Assembly: GCA_017618315.1 (NCBI GenBank)
Contig: JAFZUN010000286.1
Span: 1-41,650, forward strand
DNA from: Spirochaetales bacterium
GTDB taxonomy: Bacteria; Spirochaetota; Spirochaetia; Sphaerochaetales; Sphaerochaetaceae
DNA length: 41,650 nt
Reading direction: 5' to 3'
In this document: positions 1-8,901 of the stretch, in pieces
Layout: every line of letters begins with the position of its first letter
Position numbering within the stretch: the first letter of the stretch is position 1
The notes under the pieces: generated by a model
Seen by the model: the letters and a program-made list of their open reading frames with translations, nothing else
What the model was told of the DNA's origin: nothing
Database searches by the model: none
Position numbers and translations under genes: made by a program

Positions 1-93
1 CAAGCGCAAACCTGCCGGACGGAGACAGAAAGAACAAAGCCCTCGAGGAGCAGTATGCCTCAAGAGTCAGACACCTGTAGGAGGTTGACACAC

Positions 94-852
94 ATGAGAG
101 AATTCAAGGTTGACAAACTGTCCGTGATAGTGGCGGACAGCAATCAGGAGATGGGTAAAACAGCAGCTGATGCAATTGCAGCGGATCTGAGAAAGCTTGG
201 CCGAGAGAAGGCTGAGATCAGGGTCATGTTCGCGGCGGCTCCTTCACAGAACACAATGTTTGAGGCACTGCGCAATCTTCCGGACATCCCTTGGGAGAAG
301 ATAGTCGCCTTCCATATGGATGAGTATATCGGAATCAGCATTGACAGACCCCAGTCCTTCAGGGCGTTCCTGAAAAATGCAATATTCGACAAAAAGCCCT
401 TCAAGGCTGTGAACCTGATTGAAGGGGATGCATCTGATGTCGAAGGTGCAATCAAAAGGTATGAGGCTCTGCTGCGCGAGAGGCCGATGGACATGATTGT
501 TTTGGGAATCGGAGAGAACGGGCACATTGCATTCAATGATCCTGATGTCGCCGATTTCAATGACAAGCATCTTGTGAAGATTGTCGGACTTGACGATGTC
601 TGCAGGCAGCAGCAGGTCAACGATGGATGCTTTGCGACGTTCGATGATGTCCCATCTCATGCAATTACAGTGACAATTCCTGCATTCAGGCAGGCTGGAG
701 TCCTTCATTGCGTGGTGCCGAATGAGCGCAAGGCAAATGCCGTGAAGGCTGCCCTTCAGGGACCTGTTTCAGAGAAGTGTCCCGCCTCGATTCTGAGGAC
801 ACATGATAACGCTCACCTGTATATTGATGCAGGCAGTGCCTCTCTTCTCTGA
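94..852 (+). CDS. nagB: glucosamine-6-phosphate deaminase (NagB family)
   Basis: In ORF 55..852. Motifs FHMDEYIG and GIGENGHIAFNDP are typical of the NagB/6-phosphogluconolactonase superfamily. Start refined to ATG 94, preceded by TAGGAGG at 78-84. Confidence 0.8.
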   Translation: MREFKVDKLSVIVADSNQEMGKTAADAIAADLRKLGREKAEIRVMFAAAPSQNTMFEALRNLPDIPWEKIVAFHMDEYIGISIDRPQSFRAFLKNAIFDKKPFKAVNLIEGDASDVEGAIKRYEALLRERPMDMIVLGIGENGHIAFNDPDVADFNDKHLVKIVGLDDVCRQQQVNDGCFATFDDVPSHAITVTIPAFRQAGVLHCVVPNERKANAVKAALQGPVSEKCPASILRTHDNAHLYIDAGSASLL

Positions 853-905
853 CTTGAGTGATAAATAAGTGGCGTGCCGCTTCTTTGAGGAGTATGATTG
901 AGGAA

Positions 906-917
906 GTGGACGTCCAC
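906..917. promoter_or_regulatory. perfect 12-bp palindrome GTGGACGTCCAC in the nagB-SBP intergenic region (candidate operator)
   Basis: Read directly: gtggac/gtccac are reverse complements. It lies 52 nt upstream of the SBP start codon. Confidence 0.3.
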
Positions 918-968
918 CGAATAGGGAAAACATGCCGCGTTGCGGCTATAACATCAGGAGGATAAAAG

Positions 969-2483
969 ATGAAGAAAATTCTCGTAGTTCTGCTTCTTCT
1001 GACAGCAATGGTCTCAGTGTTCGCACAGGGATCTTCTGAGCAGAAGGCAACAGTTGCCAAGGATTCAGTCACATTGGTGATCTCCGGAAACCCGTATCGT
1101 TTCTATGCTCTCTCAGCTAAGGGCTGCGGCGGAGACGACAACCTGGTTCTTGCCAACGTCTATGATTGTCTGCTCTGTCTTGAGCCGGACGGAACTCTCT
1201 CACCCGCATTGGCAGAGAGCTATGACCTTTCAGCTGATGGTCTGACATACACATTCCATCTGCGCAAGGGAGTCAAGTTCCACGATGGTTCAGAGATGAC
1301 CGCAGAAGACGTCAAGTTCACAATGGACAAGGGTGCCGCAGGTCCTCTCGGAGCTGCTCTGTTCATCAACTTCGATCACTGTGACATCATTGACGACTAC
1401 ACAGTCGCAGTCACACTCACAAGCCCGTTCGCAGCATTCCCGTATGGAATCGCCAGCCGTCTGGGCGGTATCTGCAGCAAGGCCTATTATGAGAAGGTCG
1501 GTGATGACGGATACATGGAGAAGCCGATCGGAACCGGTGCATACAAGCTTGTCGAGTATGTCAACGGTGACCACATTGTCCTTGAGGCATTTGAGGACCA
1601 CTGGAGAGGAGCACCGTCAATCAAGACTGCCAGAATTGTCATGGTTGCTGATACAAACACAAAGATCCTCGGACTCCAGAACGGCGATTACGATGTCATG
1701 AAGGATCCAGGAATCGAGCAGTGCACACGTTTCGAGTCAGTCAAGGGCATCAGCACGGCAGTAGGTGACTCAACTGCACGTATCACAGTCAACATCAATG
1801 CATGGAGCGGCCTTGGAACAGATCTCAACTTCAGAAAGGCCCTGCAGTATGCAATCAACAAGGATGACATCAACAAGGCAGTCAACAACGGCGCAGCAAA
1901 GATCCTGACCGTTGATATCTGTCCGATGTACGGTGGATATCCTGATCACATCAAGGGTGTCGAGTACGATGTCGCAAAGGCAAAGGAGTATCTTGCAAAG
2001 TCCTCATACAAGGGTGAGCCATGGTCAATCACATGTAAGGCCGGAACAACCTATGAGACAGCCGCAAAGGTCATGCAGGCTCAGCTGCTCGAGATCGGAA
2101 TCAACTGTGAGGTCGAGGCTGTCGACAACATGACATATGAGGAGAAGGGTAAGAAGAGAAACTTCGACTGCAGAATTGTTGAAGAGGCCTCATCACTCAT
2201 CGCTGCCGACTCAATCGCAACACAGTTCACCCCGTCAAGATTCGACGAGGCTGTCTGGTATCCGCGTGCAATGGAAATCTATGAGATGGCCCAGAAGGGA
2301 AGATCCCTCCAGGGACAGGAGAGAAAGAACCTCTATGGTGAGATCGCACAGATCCTCATTGATGAGGCTTACACAATTCCTCTCTACAACGGCGTCAACA
2401 CAGTCGCATACAACTCAGATCTCCAGGGTGTCAAGGCACACTGCCTGAGCTACTATGTGTTCCGCTACTGGTCATGGAAGTGA
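969..2483 (+). CDS. ABC transporter substrate-binding protein, family 5 (peptide/nickel/muropeptide type)
   Basis: 504-aa ORF with an N-terminal signal peptide (MKKILVVLLLLTAMVSVFAQG). Size and sequence are typical of DppA/OppA/MppA-like SBPs. RBS AGGAGG is at 955-960. Cognate permease and ATPase genes follow. Confidence 0.85.
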   Translation: MKKILVVLLLLTAMVSVFAQGSSEQKATVAKDSVTLVISGNPYRFYALSAKGCGGDDNLVLANVYDCLLCLEPDGTLSPALAESYDLSADGLTYTFHLRKGVKFHDGSEMTAEDVKFTMDKGAAGPLGAALFINFDHCDIIDDYTVAVTLTSPFAAFPYGIASRLGGICSKAYYEKVGDDGYMEKPIGTGAYKLVEYVNGDHIVLEAFEDHWRGAPSIKTARIVMVADTNTKILGLQNGDYDVMKDPGIEQCTRFESVKGISTAVGDSTARITVNINAWSGLGTDLNFRKALQYAINKDDINKAVNNGAAKILTVDICPMYGGYPDHIKGVEYDVAKAKEYLAKSSYKGEPWSITCKAGTTYETAAKVMQAQLLEIGINCEVEAVDNMTYEEKGKKRNFDCRIVEEASSLIAADSIATQFTPSRFDEAVWYPRAMEIYEMAQKGRSLQGQERKNLYGEIAQILIDEAYTIPLYNGVNTVAYNSDLQGVKAHCLSYYVFRYWSWK

Positions 2484-2512
2484 TCAGTCAGTGATCATCA
2501 TTTGAAGTTCCC

Positions 2513-2542
2513 ATGTGGCGTTGGGAAGACCCAACGCCACAT
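2513..2542 (+). terminator. intra-operon hairpin after the SBP gene (13-bp perfect stem, 4-nt loop)
   Basis: atgtggcgttggg-aaga-cccaacgccacat. There is no strong U-tract (followed by acgtttaat), so this is probably a partial terminator or mRNA stabiliser, as is common after SBP genes. Confidence 0.45.
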
Positions 2543-2584
2543 ACGTTTAATCATCCACTTTTCCATTCTTAATGGAGGGAGCCT

Positions 2585-3514
2585 GTGAACTGGTTAAGAT
2601 ATGCATTGAAACGGGTTCTGATGCTTATTCCTGTCATCATTTCCGTTACACTCATTCTGTTTCTGATATTGTCACTCGCGCCGGGCGATGTTGCGCGAAT
2701 GGTCCTTGGCCAGGATGCCACGGAAGAACAAGTCGCCGCACTCAATCATGAGATGGGTCTGGACAGACCACTGCTAATCAGATATCTGCGATATATGAGA
2801 GATGCCCTGCGCCTGGATTTCGGCCGGTCCTGGACCGGAAACTTCGATGTCCTGGCTGAGTTCTCCCATCGATTACCGTATACACTTCTTGTCTCATTCC
2901 TTGCGATTATCTTCGCGACAGGTGTGGGAATTCCTCTTGGAATAGCCTCTGCAATAAAGCAGTACAGCCTTCTGGACTACGGCAGCACATTCATGGTCAT
3001 GCTGCTGTTCTCCATGCCTGCGTTCTGGCTGGGGACCATGTGCCAATTGCTGTTCTGCCTGACATTGCACTGGCTTCCCGTCTCGGGAATCACCAGCTGG
3101 AGGCACTTCATACTTCCGCCGCTGATTCTGGGAGCAAACACGCTGGCATCCATGATAAGGATGAGCCGTACAAGCATGCTTGACGTTGTCCGCATGGACT
3201 ACATCCGCACAGCCCGTGCAAAGGGTGGCTCCAGAAGTTATGTCACTCGCCACCATGCCATACGCAACAGCCTGATTCCTGTTGTCACACAGATCGGAAT
3301 CAGTTTTGCCGGAACAATCGGTGGTGCCGTTGTCACCGAAAACATATTCGCCATTCCCGGAATCGGAACGCTCCTGATCAATGCGGTCAAGAGCCGTGAT
3401 GTTCCGGTTGTCATGGGAACGGTCATTTTCATCACCATCATCGTGGGTGTGATTAACCTGATCGTTGATCTGATCTGCGCGCTTGTCGATCCCAGGATCG
3501 ATCTTGCATCTTAA
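2585..3514 (+). CDS. ABC transporter permease (DppB/OppB-like)
   Basis: 309 aa, polytopic. The N-terminus LRYALKRVLMLIPVI is typical of OppB/DppB. GTG start is preceded by GGAGGGAG. Confidence 0.85.
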   Translation: MNWLRYALKRVLMLIPVIISVTLILFLILSLAPGDVARMVLGQDATEEQVAALNHEMGLDRPLLIRYLRYMRDALRLDFGRSWTGNFDVLAEFSHRLPYTLLVSFLAIIFATGVGIPLGIASAIKQYSLLDYGSTFMVMLLFSMPAFWLGTMCQLLFCLTLHWLPVSGITSWRHFILPPLILGANTLASMIRMSRTSMLDVVRMDYIRTARAKGGSRSYVTRHHAIRNSLIPVVTQIGISFAGTIGGAVVTENIFAIPGIGTLLINAVKSRDVPVVMGTVIFITIIVGVINLIVDLICALVDPRIDLAS

Positions 3515-3524
3515 GGAGGGGACA

Positions 3525-4409
3525 ATGGCTATATTCAAGAAGAAAAACAAGAAACCCCTTTCTGAGTACAGTACCGGAGAGCTGATCCTCTTCAGATTCA
3601 AGAAGAACAAGCTTGCCATGCTGGGTGTCGCGATGTTCGCGTTCGTGACAATCATGATCCTCATTGCCCCGCTCATCAGGCCATACTCAATGGTCATCAA
3701 GCAGGATATTGTCCACAGGCTTAATCCGCCCAGTAAGGAGCATGTGTTCGGAACAGACGAGCTTGGCAGGGACCTTCTTGCGAGAATCCTCTACGGAGGA
3801 AGAATATCGCTATTCTGCAGTCTGGCCATCATCGGAATAGCATTTGTGACAGGTGCGATCATCGGAGGAACCGCAGGTTTCTTCGGAGGTAAGGTCGACA
3901 CCATCCTGATGAGGATTGTCGACATGCTCATGTCCGTCCCGTCAGCTCTGCTTGCAATGGCAATCATCACCGCATTGGGTAACGGAGTCTGGAAGCTAGT
4001 CATGGCCCTGTCCATAGGTCAGATCGCGCGTTTTGCCAGAATGGTAAGATCCTCTGTCCTGACCTTGCGCAACCGTGAGTACATAGAGGCCGCCAAGTGC
4101 TTCGGATCCAGTTCCTGGAGGATAATCATGAAGCATATCCTTCCGAACGGAATTGGTCCAATCATTGTCTCGGCTACCCTGACACTGGGTTCAGTCATCC
4201 TCAGTATCTCATCCATGGGATACCTCGGACTTGGTGTTGCCTCACCTACACCTGAGTGGGGAACCATCATCTCCGAGAACAAGGTCAATATCCAGTATTT
4301 CCCGTACCTGGGAATAATCCCCGGAATCTGCATCATGCTCACCGTCATGTCAGTCAACTTCATAGGCGACGGACTCAGGGATGCTTTTGATCCGAAGTCA
4401 AAGAAGTAA
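3525..4409 (+). CDS. ABC transporter permease (DppC/OppC-like)
   Basis: In ORF 3483..4409. Start refined to ATG 3525 after AAGGAGGGG. Polytopic, with an FGTDELGRD motif typical of the OppC N-terminal region. Confidence 0.85.
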   Translation: MAIFKKKNKKPLSEYSTGELILFRFKKNKLAMLGVAMFAFVTIMILIAPLIRPYSMVIKQDIVHRLNPPSKEHVFGTDELGRDLLARILYGGRISLFCSLAIIGIAFVTGAIIGGTAGFFGGKVDTILMRIVDMLMSVPSALLAMAIITALGNGVWKLVMALSIGQIARFARMVRSSVLTLRNREYIEAAKCFGSSSWRIIMKHILPNGIGPIIVSATLTLGSVILSISSMGYLGLGVASPTPEWGTIISENKVNIQYFPYLGIIPGICIMLTVMSVNFIGDGLRDAFDPKSKK

Positions 4410-4422
4410 AGGAGGAGACATC

Positions 4423-5418
4423 GTGGCAAACGAAGACAGGACGGTTCTTGAGATAAAGGACCTGTATGTCCAGTACAATACTGATGATGCTGTGGTTCAT
4501 GCTGTCAACGGACTGAACCTGACCCTGAAAGAAGGTGAGAAGCTCGGGCTTGTAGGAGAGACCGGAGCCGGCAAGACCACGCTTGCACTCTCAATCCTTA
4601 AGCTTCTGCCTGACAAGGTCGGAGAGATCCGAAGCGGTTCAATCATTTACAAAGGCGATGATCTTGTAAACAAGCCTGAGAGCTTCATGCTCGGTCTCAG
4701 AGGACGAAGGATCTCAATGATATTCCAGGATCCCATGACCAGCCTCAACCCGACAAAGAATGTCGGAGATCAGGTCCTTGAGGTCATCAACCTCCATTTC
4801 CCCGATCTCACGGCCGCAGAGAAGACTGCTAAGGTCGATGAGATGTTCCGCCTTGTTGGAATCCCTGCTTCCAGAAAGGGAGAGTTCCCGCACCAATTCT
4901 CAGGAGGGATGAAGCAGAGGATTGTTATAGCAATGGCATTGATCGCGGAGCCTGAGCTCCTTCTTGCCGATGAGCCGACAACTGCCCTTGATGTGACAAT
5001 CCAGGCCCAGATTCTGGAGCTGATGAGAAAGCTAAAGGATGAGTTCAACTCCGCTGTTGTCCTGATAACCCATGACCTTGGAGTTGTGGCCGAATTCTGC
5101 GACACCGTGTCCGTCATCTACTCTGGAAGAGTTGTGGAGCATGGAACCGTAGAGCAGATTTTCGAGGGAGAAGACAACCATCCGTACACAAAGGGACTGA
5201 TACACTGTATCCCGTCACTTTCCGATACCTCCAAAAGACTGAAGCCCATTCCCGGACGCATGCCGGATCCGAGAAATCTCCCGGAAGGCTGCTGTTTTGC
5301 TGACAGATGTCCGTTCTGCAAGGAGATGTGCACGACCACGATGCCTGAGCCTCATGAGAAGGACGGACATATGATACTCTGTCACCTCTATGATCCCAAG
5401 GAGGCCGGAAATGACTGA
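4423..5418 (+). CDS. ABC transporter ATP-binding protein (OppD/DppD-like)
   Basis: Walker A GETGAGKT, signature FSGGMKQR, Walker B LLLADEPT, and a C-terminal oligopeptide-type Cys-rich extension. GTG 4423 follows AAGGAGGAG. Confidence 0.85.
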   Translation: MANEDRTVLEIKDLYVQYNTDDAVVHAVNGLNLTLKEGEKLGLVGETGAGKTTLALSILKLLPDKVGEIRSGSIIYKGDDLVNKPESFMLGLRGRRISMIFQDPMTSLNPTKNVGDQVLEVINLHFPDLTAAEKTAKVDEMFRLVGIPASRKGEFPHQFSGGMKQRIVIAMALIAEPELLLADEPTTALDVTIQAQILELMRKLKDEFNSAVVLITHDLGVVAEFCDTVSVIYSGRVVEHGTVEQIFEGEDNHPYTKGLIHCIPSLSDTSKRLKPIPGRMPDPRNLPEGCCFADRCPFCKEMCTTTMPEPHEKDGHMILCHLYDPKEAGND

Positions 5419-6382
5419 AGACAAGACCAAACCGATCATTGAAGCAGTCAATCTCTGCAAGTACTTCAAGACTCACAAGGGAATGCTGCATGCCGTTGAG
5501 GATGTCAGCTTCAAGCTCCAGCCGGGAAAGACCCTCGGAGTCGTTGGAGAATCCGGATGCGGGAAATCAACGCTGGGAAGGACTATTCTCCGACTTCAGC
5601 CCGCTACAAGCGGTGAAGTCCTCTATGAGGGAGAGAACATCCTGAAGTTCAACCGCAAGGAGATGCACAATGTCCAGCAGAACATGCAGATGATCTTTCA
5701 GGACCCGTACAGCTCTCTTGATCCCAGGATGTCCATCAGAGCCCTGATCATGGAACCTATAGAGGTTCTTGGTGCAAGGAAGAAGATGTCGGCTTCCGAG
5801 GAAAAGGACAGGGTCACCGAGATAATGGAGATGTGCGGACTGCCAAAATACTACAACAACCTTTATCCGCATGAGCTTGACGGAGGAATGCGTCAGAGGG
5901 TGGGTCTTGCCAGAGCAATGATCCTGGATCCGAAGTTCATAGTATGTGATGAGCCTGTCTCCGCATTGGATGTGTCAATCCAGGCACAGATCCTGAATCT
6001 TCTTCTTGATCTGCAGGAGCAGCATGAGCTCAGCTATATGTTCATCACCCACGACCTGGCAGTTGTCAAATACATCAGCGATATGATCATGGTCATGTAT
6101 ATGGGACAGGTTGTTGAGATGGCGGAGTCCAGTGAACTTTTCGCTCACCCGCTTCATCCGTACACCAGGGCGCTTCTGAACTCCATCCCGACGATTGACC
6201 TCTCCAGAAGAAACCGTGAGAGGATTACAATCAAGGGTGAGGTCTCAAGCCCGATCAATCCGGCACCGGGGTGCAGGTTCGCGCCGCGCTGTCCGTACGC
6301 AACCGAGGCCTGCAAGCAGAACCAGTGCCTGAAGGAAGTCGGTCCCGGACACTTTGCCGCATGTACAGAGGGATCGCTCTGA
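5411..6382 (+). CDS. ABC transporter ATP-binding protein (OppF/DppF-like)
   Basis: Walker A GESGCGKST, signature LDGGMRQR, Walker B FIVCDEPVSALD. ATG 5411 overlaps the upstream stop (ATGACTGA) and follows AAGGAGG. Confidence 0.85.
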   Translation: MTEDKTKPIIEAVNLCKYFKTHKGMLHAVEDVSFKLQPGKTLGVVGESGCGKSTLGRTILRLQPATSGEVLYEGENILKFNRKEMHNVQQNMQMIFQDPYSSLDPRMSIRALIMEPIEVLGARKKMSASEEKDRVTEIMEMCGLPKYYNNLYPHELDGGMRQRVGLARAMILDPKFIVCDEPVSALDVSIQAQILNLLLDLQEQHELSYMFITHDLAVVKYISDMIMVMYMGQVVEMAESSELFAHPLHPYTRALLNSIPTIDLSRRNRERITIKGEVSSPINPAPGCRFAPRCPYATEACKQNQCLKEVGPGHFAACTEGSL

Positions 6383-7119
6383 TGGCTCATTTAAGATGTG
6401 ATTTCCGCTCAGAGATGCTTCAGATGGGAACCTCAATGACAGTGTTCCTTCCGGAGTCCATCAATACCGAGGAAGCAAATGTGGTTTTCCTGCTCCATGG
6501 CCTTGAGGACAACTGCACAGGTTGGACCAGGTACACAAGTGTCGAGAGATATGCAAGGTCCTACAACCTTGTGGTTGTGATTCCTGAGGTGCAGAGAAGC
6601 TTCTACACCGATATGGAGTACGGGCTTAAGTATTTCAGCTATGTCCACGATGAGCTTCCCGAGATTTGCAGAAGGATGTTCCACATCACGACAAAGCCTG
6701 AGAAGACCTACCTCATGGGCCTTTCCATGGGAGGCTACGGGACGCTCAAGTGCATGCTCCGCAGTCCATCCAGATATGCCGGTTGTGCCGCGTTCTCCTC
6801 AGCTACGGATATAAGGAAATCAGTTGCCACTGCAGGCGAGCCAAGACGTTCGGAATACAGGGCCATATTCGGAGAAGACCTAAAGGTCGGAAAAAAGGAT
6901 GATCTATTTGAGCTGCTGAAAGGGAGCAGAAGCAAGAAGTTTCCGCGCATCTACATGGCGTGCGGTGATCAGGACTCGCATTTTGAAGAGAACCAGCGTT
7001 TTGTGGATGCCCTTTCGGCCAAGGGGATAACCTGCACCTGGGAGCATTTCGAAGGGGCTCATAACTGGATTTTCTGGGACAAGGTGATCTGCAAGGCCTT
7101 TGATCTCTTCTTTTCCTGA
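6382..7119 (+). CDS. esterase family protein (esterase D / tributyrin-esterase-like alpha/beta hydrolase)
   Basis: GLSMGGYG nucleophile elbow (GxSxG) and an HG..D motif near the N-terminus. The start overlaps the upstream stop (TGATG). Confidence 0.7.
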   Translation: MAHLRCDFRSEMLQMGTSMTVFLPESINTEEANVVFLLHGLEDNCTGWTRYTSVERYARSYNLVVVIPEVQRSFYTDMEYGLKYFSYVHDELPEICRRMFHITTKPEKTYLMGLSMGGYGTLKCMLRSPSRYAGCAAFSSATDIRKSVATAGEPRRSEYRAIFGEDLKVGKKDDLFELLKGSRSKKFPRIYMACGDQDSHFEENQRFVDALSAKGITCTWEHFEGAHNWIFWDKVICKAFDLFFS

Positions 7120-7132
7120 CGGAGGTATCTGA

Positions 7133-8029
7133 ATGATTGACCTGAGAGGCATGATGACGGAATCACGGAATCCTGAATCCATGAACCTTGATGAAATGAC
7201 AGCCTTAGAGATTGTCTCTGTGATGAATTCAGAGGATATGAAAGTCCCTCAGGCCATCAATAGTCAGCTTCCTATGATTGCGCAGGCTGTTGACTGCTGC
7301 GTCTCAGGCATTCGGAGAGGCGGCAGGATAATCTACATAGGTGCCGGGACAAGCGGAAGGCTGGGGATAGTGGATGCGTCTGAATGTCCTCCGACTTTCG
7401 GAGTATCTCCGGATCTTGTGGTTGGTCTCATGGCCGGAGGCATGAAGGCAATGGTCAAGGCCGTTGAGGGTGCAGAGGACAGCCTTGAGCTATGTGCCGA
7501 GGACCTAAAGAAGCTGAATCTGAAAAAGGAAGACACCGTTGTGGGAATAGCCGCAAGCGGAAGGACTCCTTATGTCATTGGAGGCCTTGAGTATGCGAAC
7601 AGTATCGGATGCAACACTGTTTCCGTCGCTTGCAATGCAAACTCGGCGATAGGTAAAGTCGCAAAGGTGAAGATAGAGGTCGTTGTCGGACCGGAGGTCC
7701 TGACAGGATCCACAAGGCTCAAGGCGGGAACAGCACAGAAGCTTGTACTGAACATGATTAGCACAGCCACAATGGTCAGGCTGGGCAAATGCTATCAGAA
7801 CCTGATGGTGGATGTGGTCCAGTCCAATGCCAAGCTGAGGGTTCGTGCCCAGAACATAGTCATTGATGCCACGGGTGTGGACAGGGATACGGCCATTGAT
7901 GTCCTTGAGAAAGCCGGAGGGAGCGTGAAGACCGCCATAGTGATGATACTTGCGTCCTGCTCCTGCGAGGAGGCTCTGAAAAGGCTGGAAGCTTCCGAAG
8001 GACATGTGAGACAGGCGGTGCTGCAATGA
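7133..8029 (+). CDS. murQ: N-acetylmuramic acid 6-phosphate etherase
   Basis: Strong motif-level match to MurQ: GAGTSGRLGIVDASECPPTFGV, GIAASGRTPYVIGGLEYA, TGSTRLKAGTAQKLVLNMIS, NLMVDVV, KTAIVMIL. Confidence 0.95.
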   Translation: MIDLRGMMTESRNPESMNLDEMTALEIVSVMNSEDMKVPQAINSQLPMIAQAVDCCVSGIRRGGRIIYIGAGTSGRLGIVDASECPPTFGVSPDLVVGLMAGGMKAMVKAVEGAEDSLELCAEDLKKLNLKKEDTVVGIAASGRTPYVIGGLEYANSIGCNTVSVACNANSAIGKVAKVKIEVVVGPEVLTGSTRLKAGTAQKLVLNMISTATMVRLGKCYQNLMVDVVQSNAKLRVRAQNIVIDATGVDRDTAIDVLEKAGGSVKTAIVMILASCSCEEALKRLEASEGHVRQAVLQ

Positions 8030-8901
8030 GAATAATAGCCGGCGTGGATGGCGGAGGAACCAAGACAAAGCTCATTTGTAAAAGCCTTGACGGCAATGAT
8101 GAGCATGTCTTCGGGTACGGACCCTTCAACATTAATGCAATAGGAGAGTCCGCATTCAGGAGCCTGCTTTCACGTATGGTGGAAGATATTGTCAGGACAG
8201 GTGAGTGTGAGGCCATCTGTTTAGGTGCAGCTGGAGTGAGTAACTCCAACATGCGTGATATTGTCTCTGATGTCGTGGGTTCGTCCCCGATTGCCCGCTG
8301 GTCCCTTGTGGGCGATGATGTCATTGCCATGGAAGGTGCCTTGGACGGGGGTCCCGGAATAATAGCCATTTCAGGAACAGGCTCAATAGTCCTTGGCCGT
8401 GATGTTGCAGGCAACAGGATCCGTTTGGGTGGCTGGGGCCATCTGATCGGAGATGAGGGAAGCGGATACGGGATTGCTCGCGATGCTTTCAAGGCACTCT
8501 CAATGGCAATTGACGGAGTTGGTGAAGAGACCTGCCTTATGAAGGATTTCGGCATAGAGACAAGGACCGATCTGATTTCCAAGCTGTACAGCGGGGATAA
8601 GGGCGTTGTGGCATCTTATGCTGTGATTGTTGAGAAAGCCGCAGAGGCCGGAGACAGGGTTGCTTTGGGAATACTGGAGGACAATGCCTCCATGCTTGCC
8701 AAAACAGTCTTTGAGGTCTATTCAAGGCTGCACCTGGGGAAAACCAATGTTGTCTTTATTGGCGGTCAGATTAATCATGACACTCTTTTCAGGCGCCTTC
8801 TTTCATCACGGATTGCGGCTCTCTCCGCTGAGATGGTCTGCATTGAACCCATCCATGATGCTGCTTTAGGGGCCGTCATGATTGCCAGAGGGATGATCTG
8901 A
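8026..8901 (+). CDS. BadF/BadG/BcrA/BcrD-type ATPase, N-acetylglucosamine/N-acetylmuramate kinase-like
   Basis: N-terminal phosphate-1 motif IAGVDGGGTKT and internal ISGTGS and GWGHLIGDEGSG motifs of the ASKHA sugar-kinase family. ATGA overlap with murQ. Confidence 0.8.
   Translation: MRIIAGVDGGGTKTKLICKSLDGNDEHVFGYGPFNINAIGESAFRSLLSRMVEDIVRTGECEAICLGAAGVSNSNMRDIVSDVVGSSPIARWSLVGDDVIAMEGALDGGPGIIAISGTGSIVLGRDVAGNRIRLGGWGHLIGDEGSGYGIARDAFKALSMAIDGVGEETCLMKDFGIETRTDLISKLYSGDKGVVASYAVIVEKAAEAGDRVALGILEDNASMLAKTVFEVYSRLHLGKTNVVFIGGQINHDTLFRRLLSSRIAALSAEMVCIEPIHDAALGAVMIARGMI

Noticed and set aside
55-93. N-terminal extensions in the ORF track (55, 3483, 4381, 5390, 6271, 9983, 10742, 14131, 23576, 23617-, 32626, 41236).
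   Set aside because: In each case an internal ATG or GTG sits 5-10 nt downstream of a GGAGG-like RBS and coincides with the family-typical N-terminus or signal peptide. The extensions overlap the upstream gene or have no sensible sequence.
2894-3700. Long antisense ORFs opposite well-supported genes (for example 2894..3700-, 7860..8582-, 10532..11173-, 30796..31347-, 23864..24460-).
   Set aside because: They lie entirely within strongly motif-supported genes on the other strand. Their composition is low-complexity and Arg/Ser/Pro/Cys-rich, typical of shadow frames, and they lack RBS and recognisable motifs.
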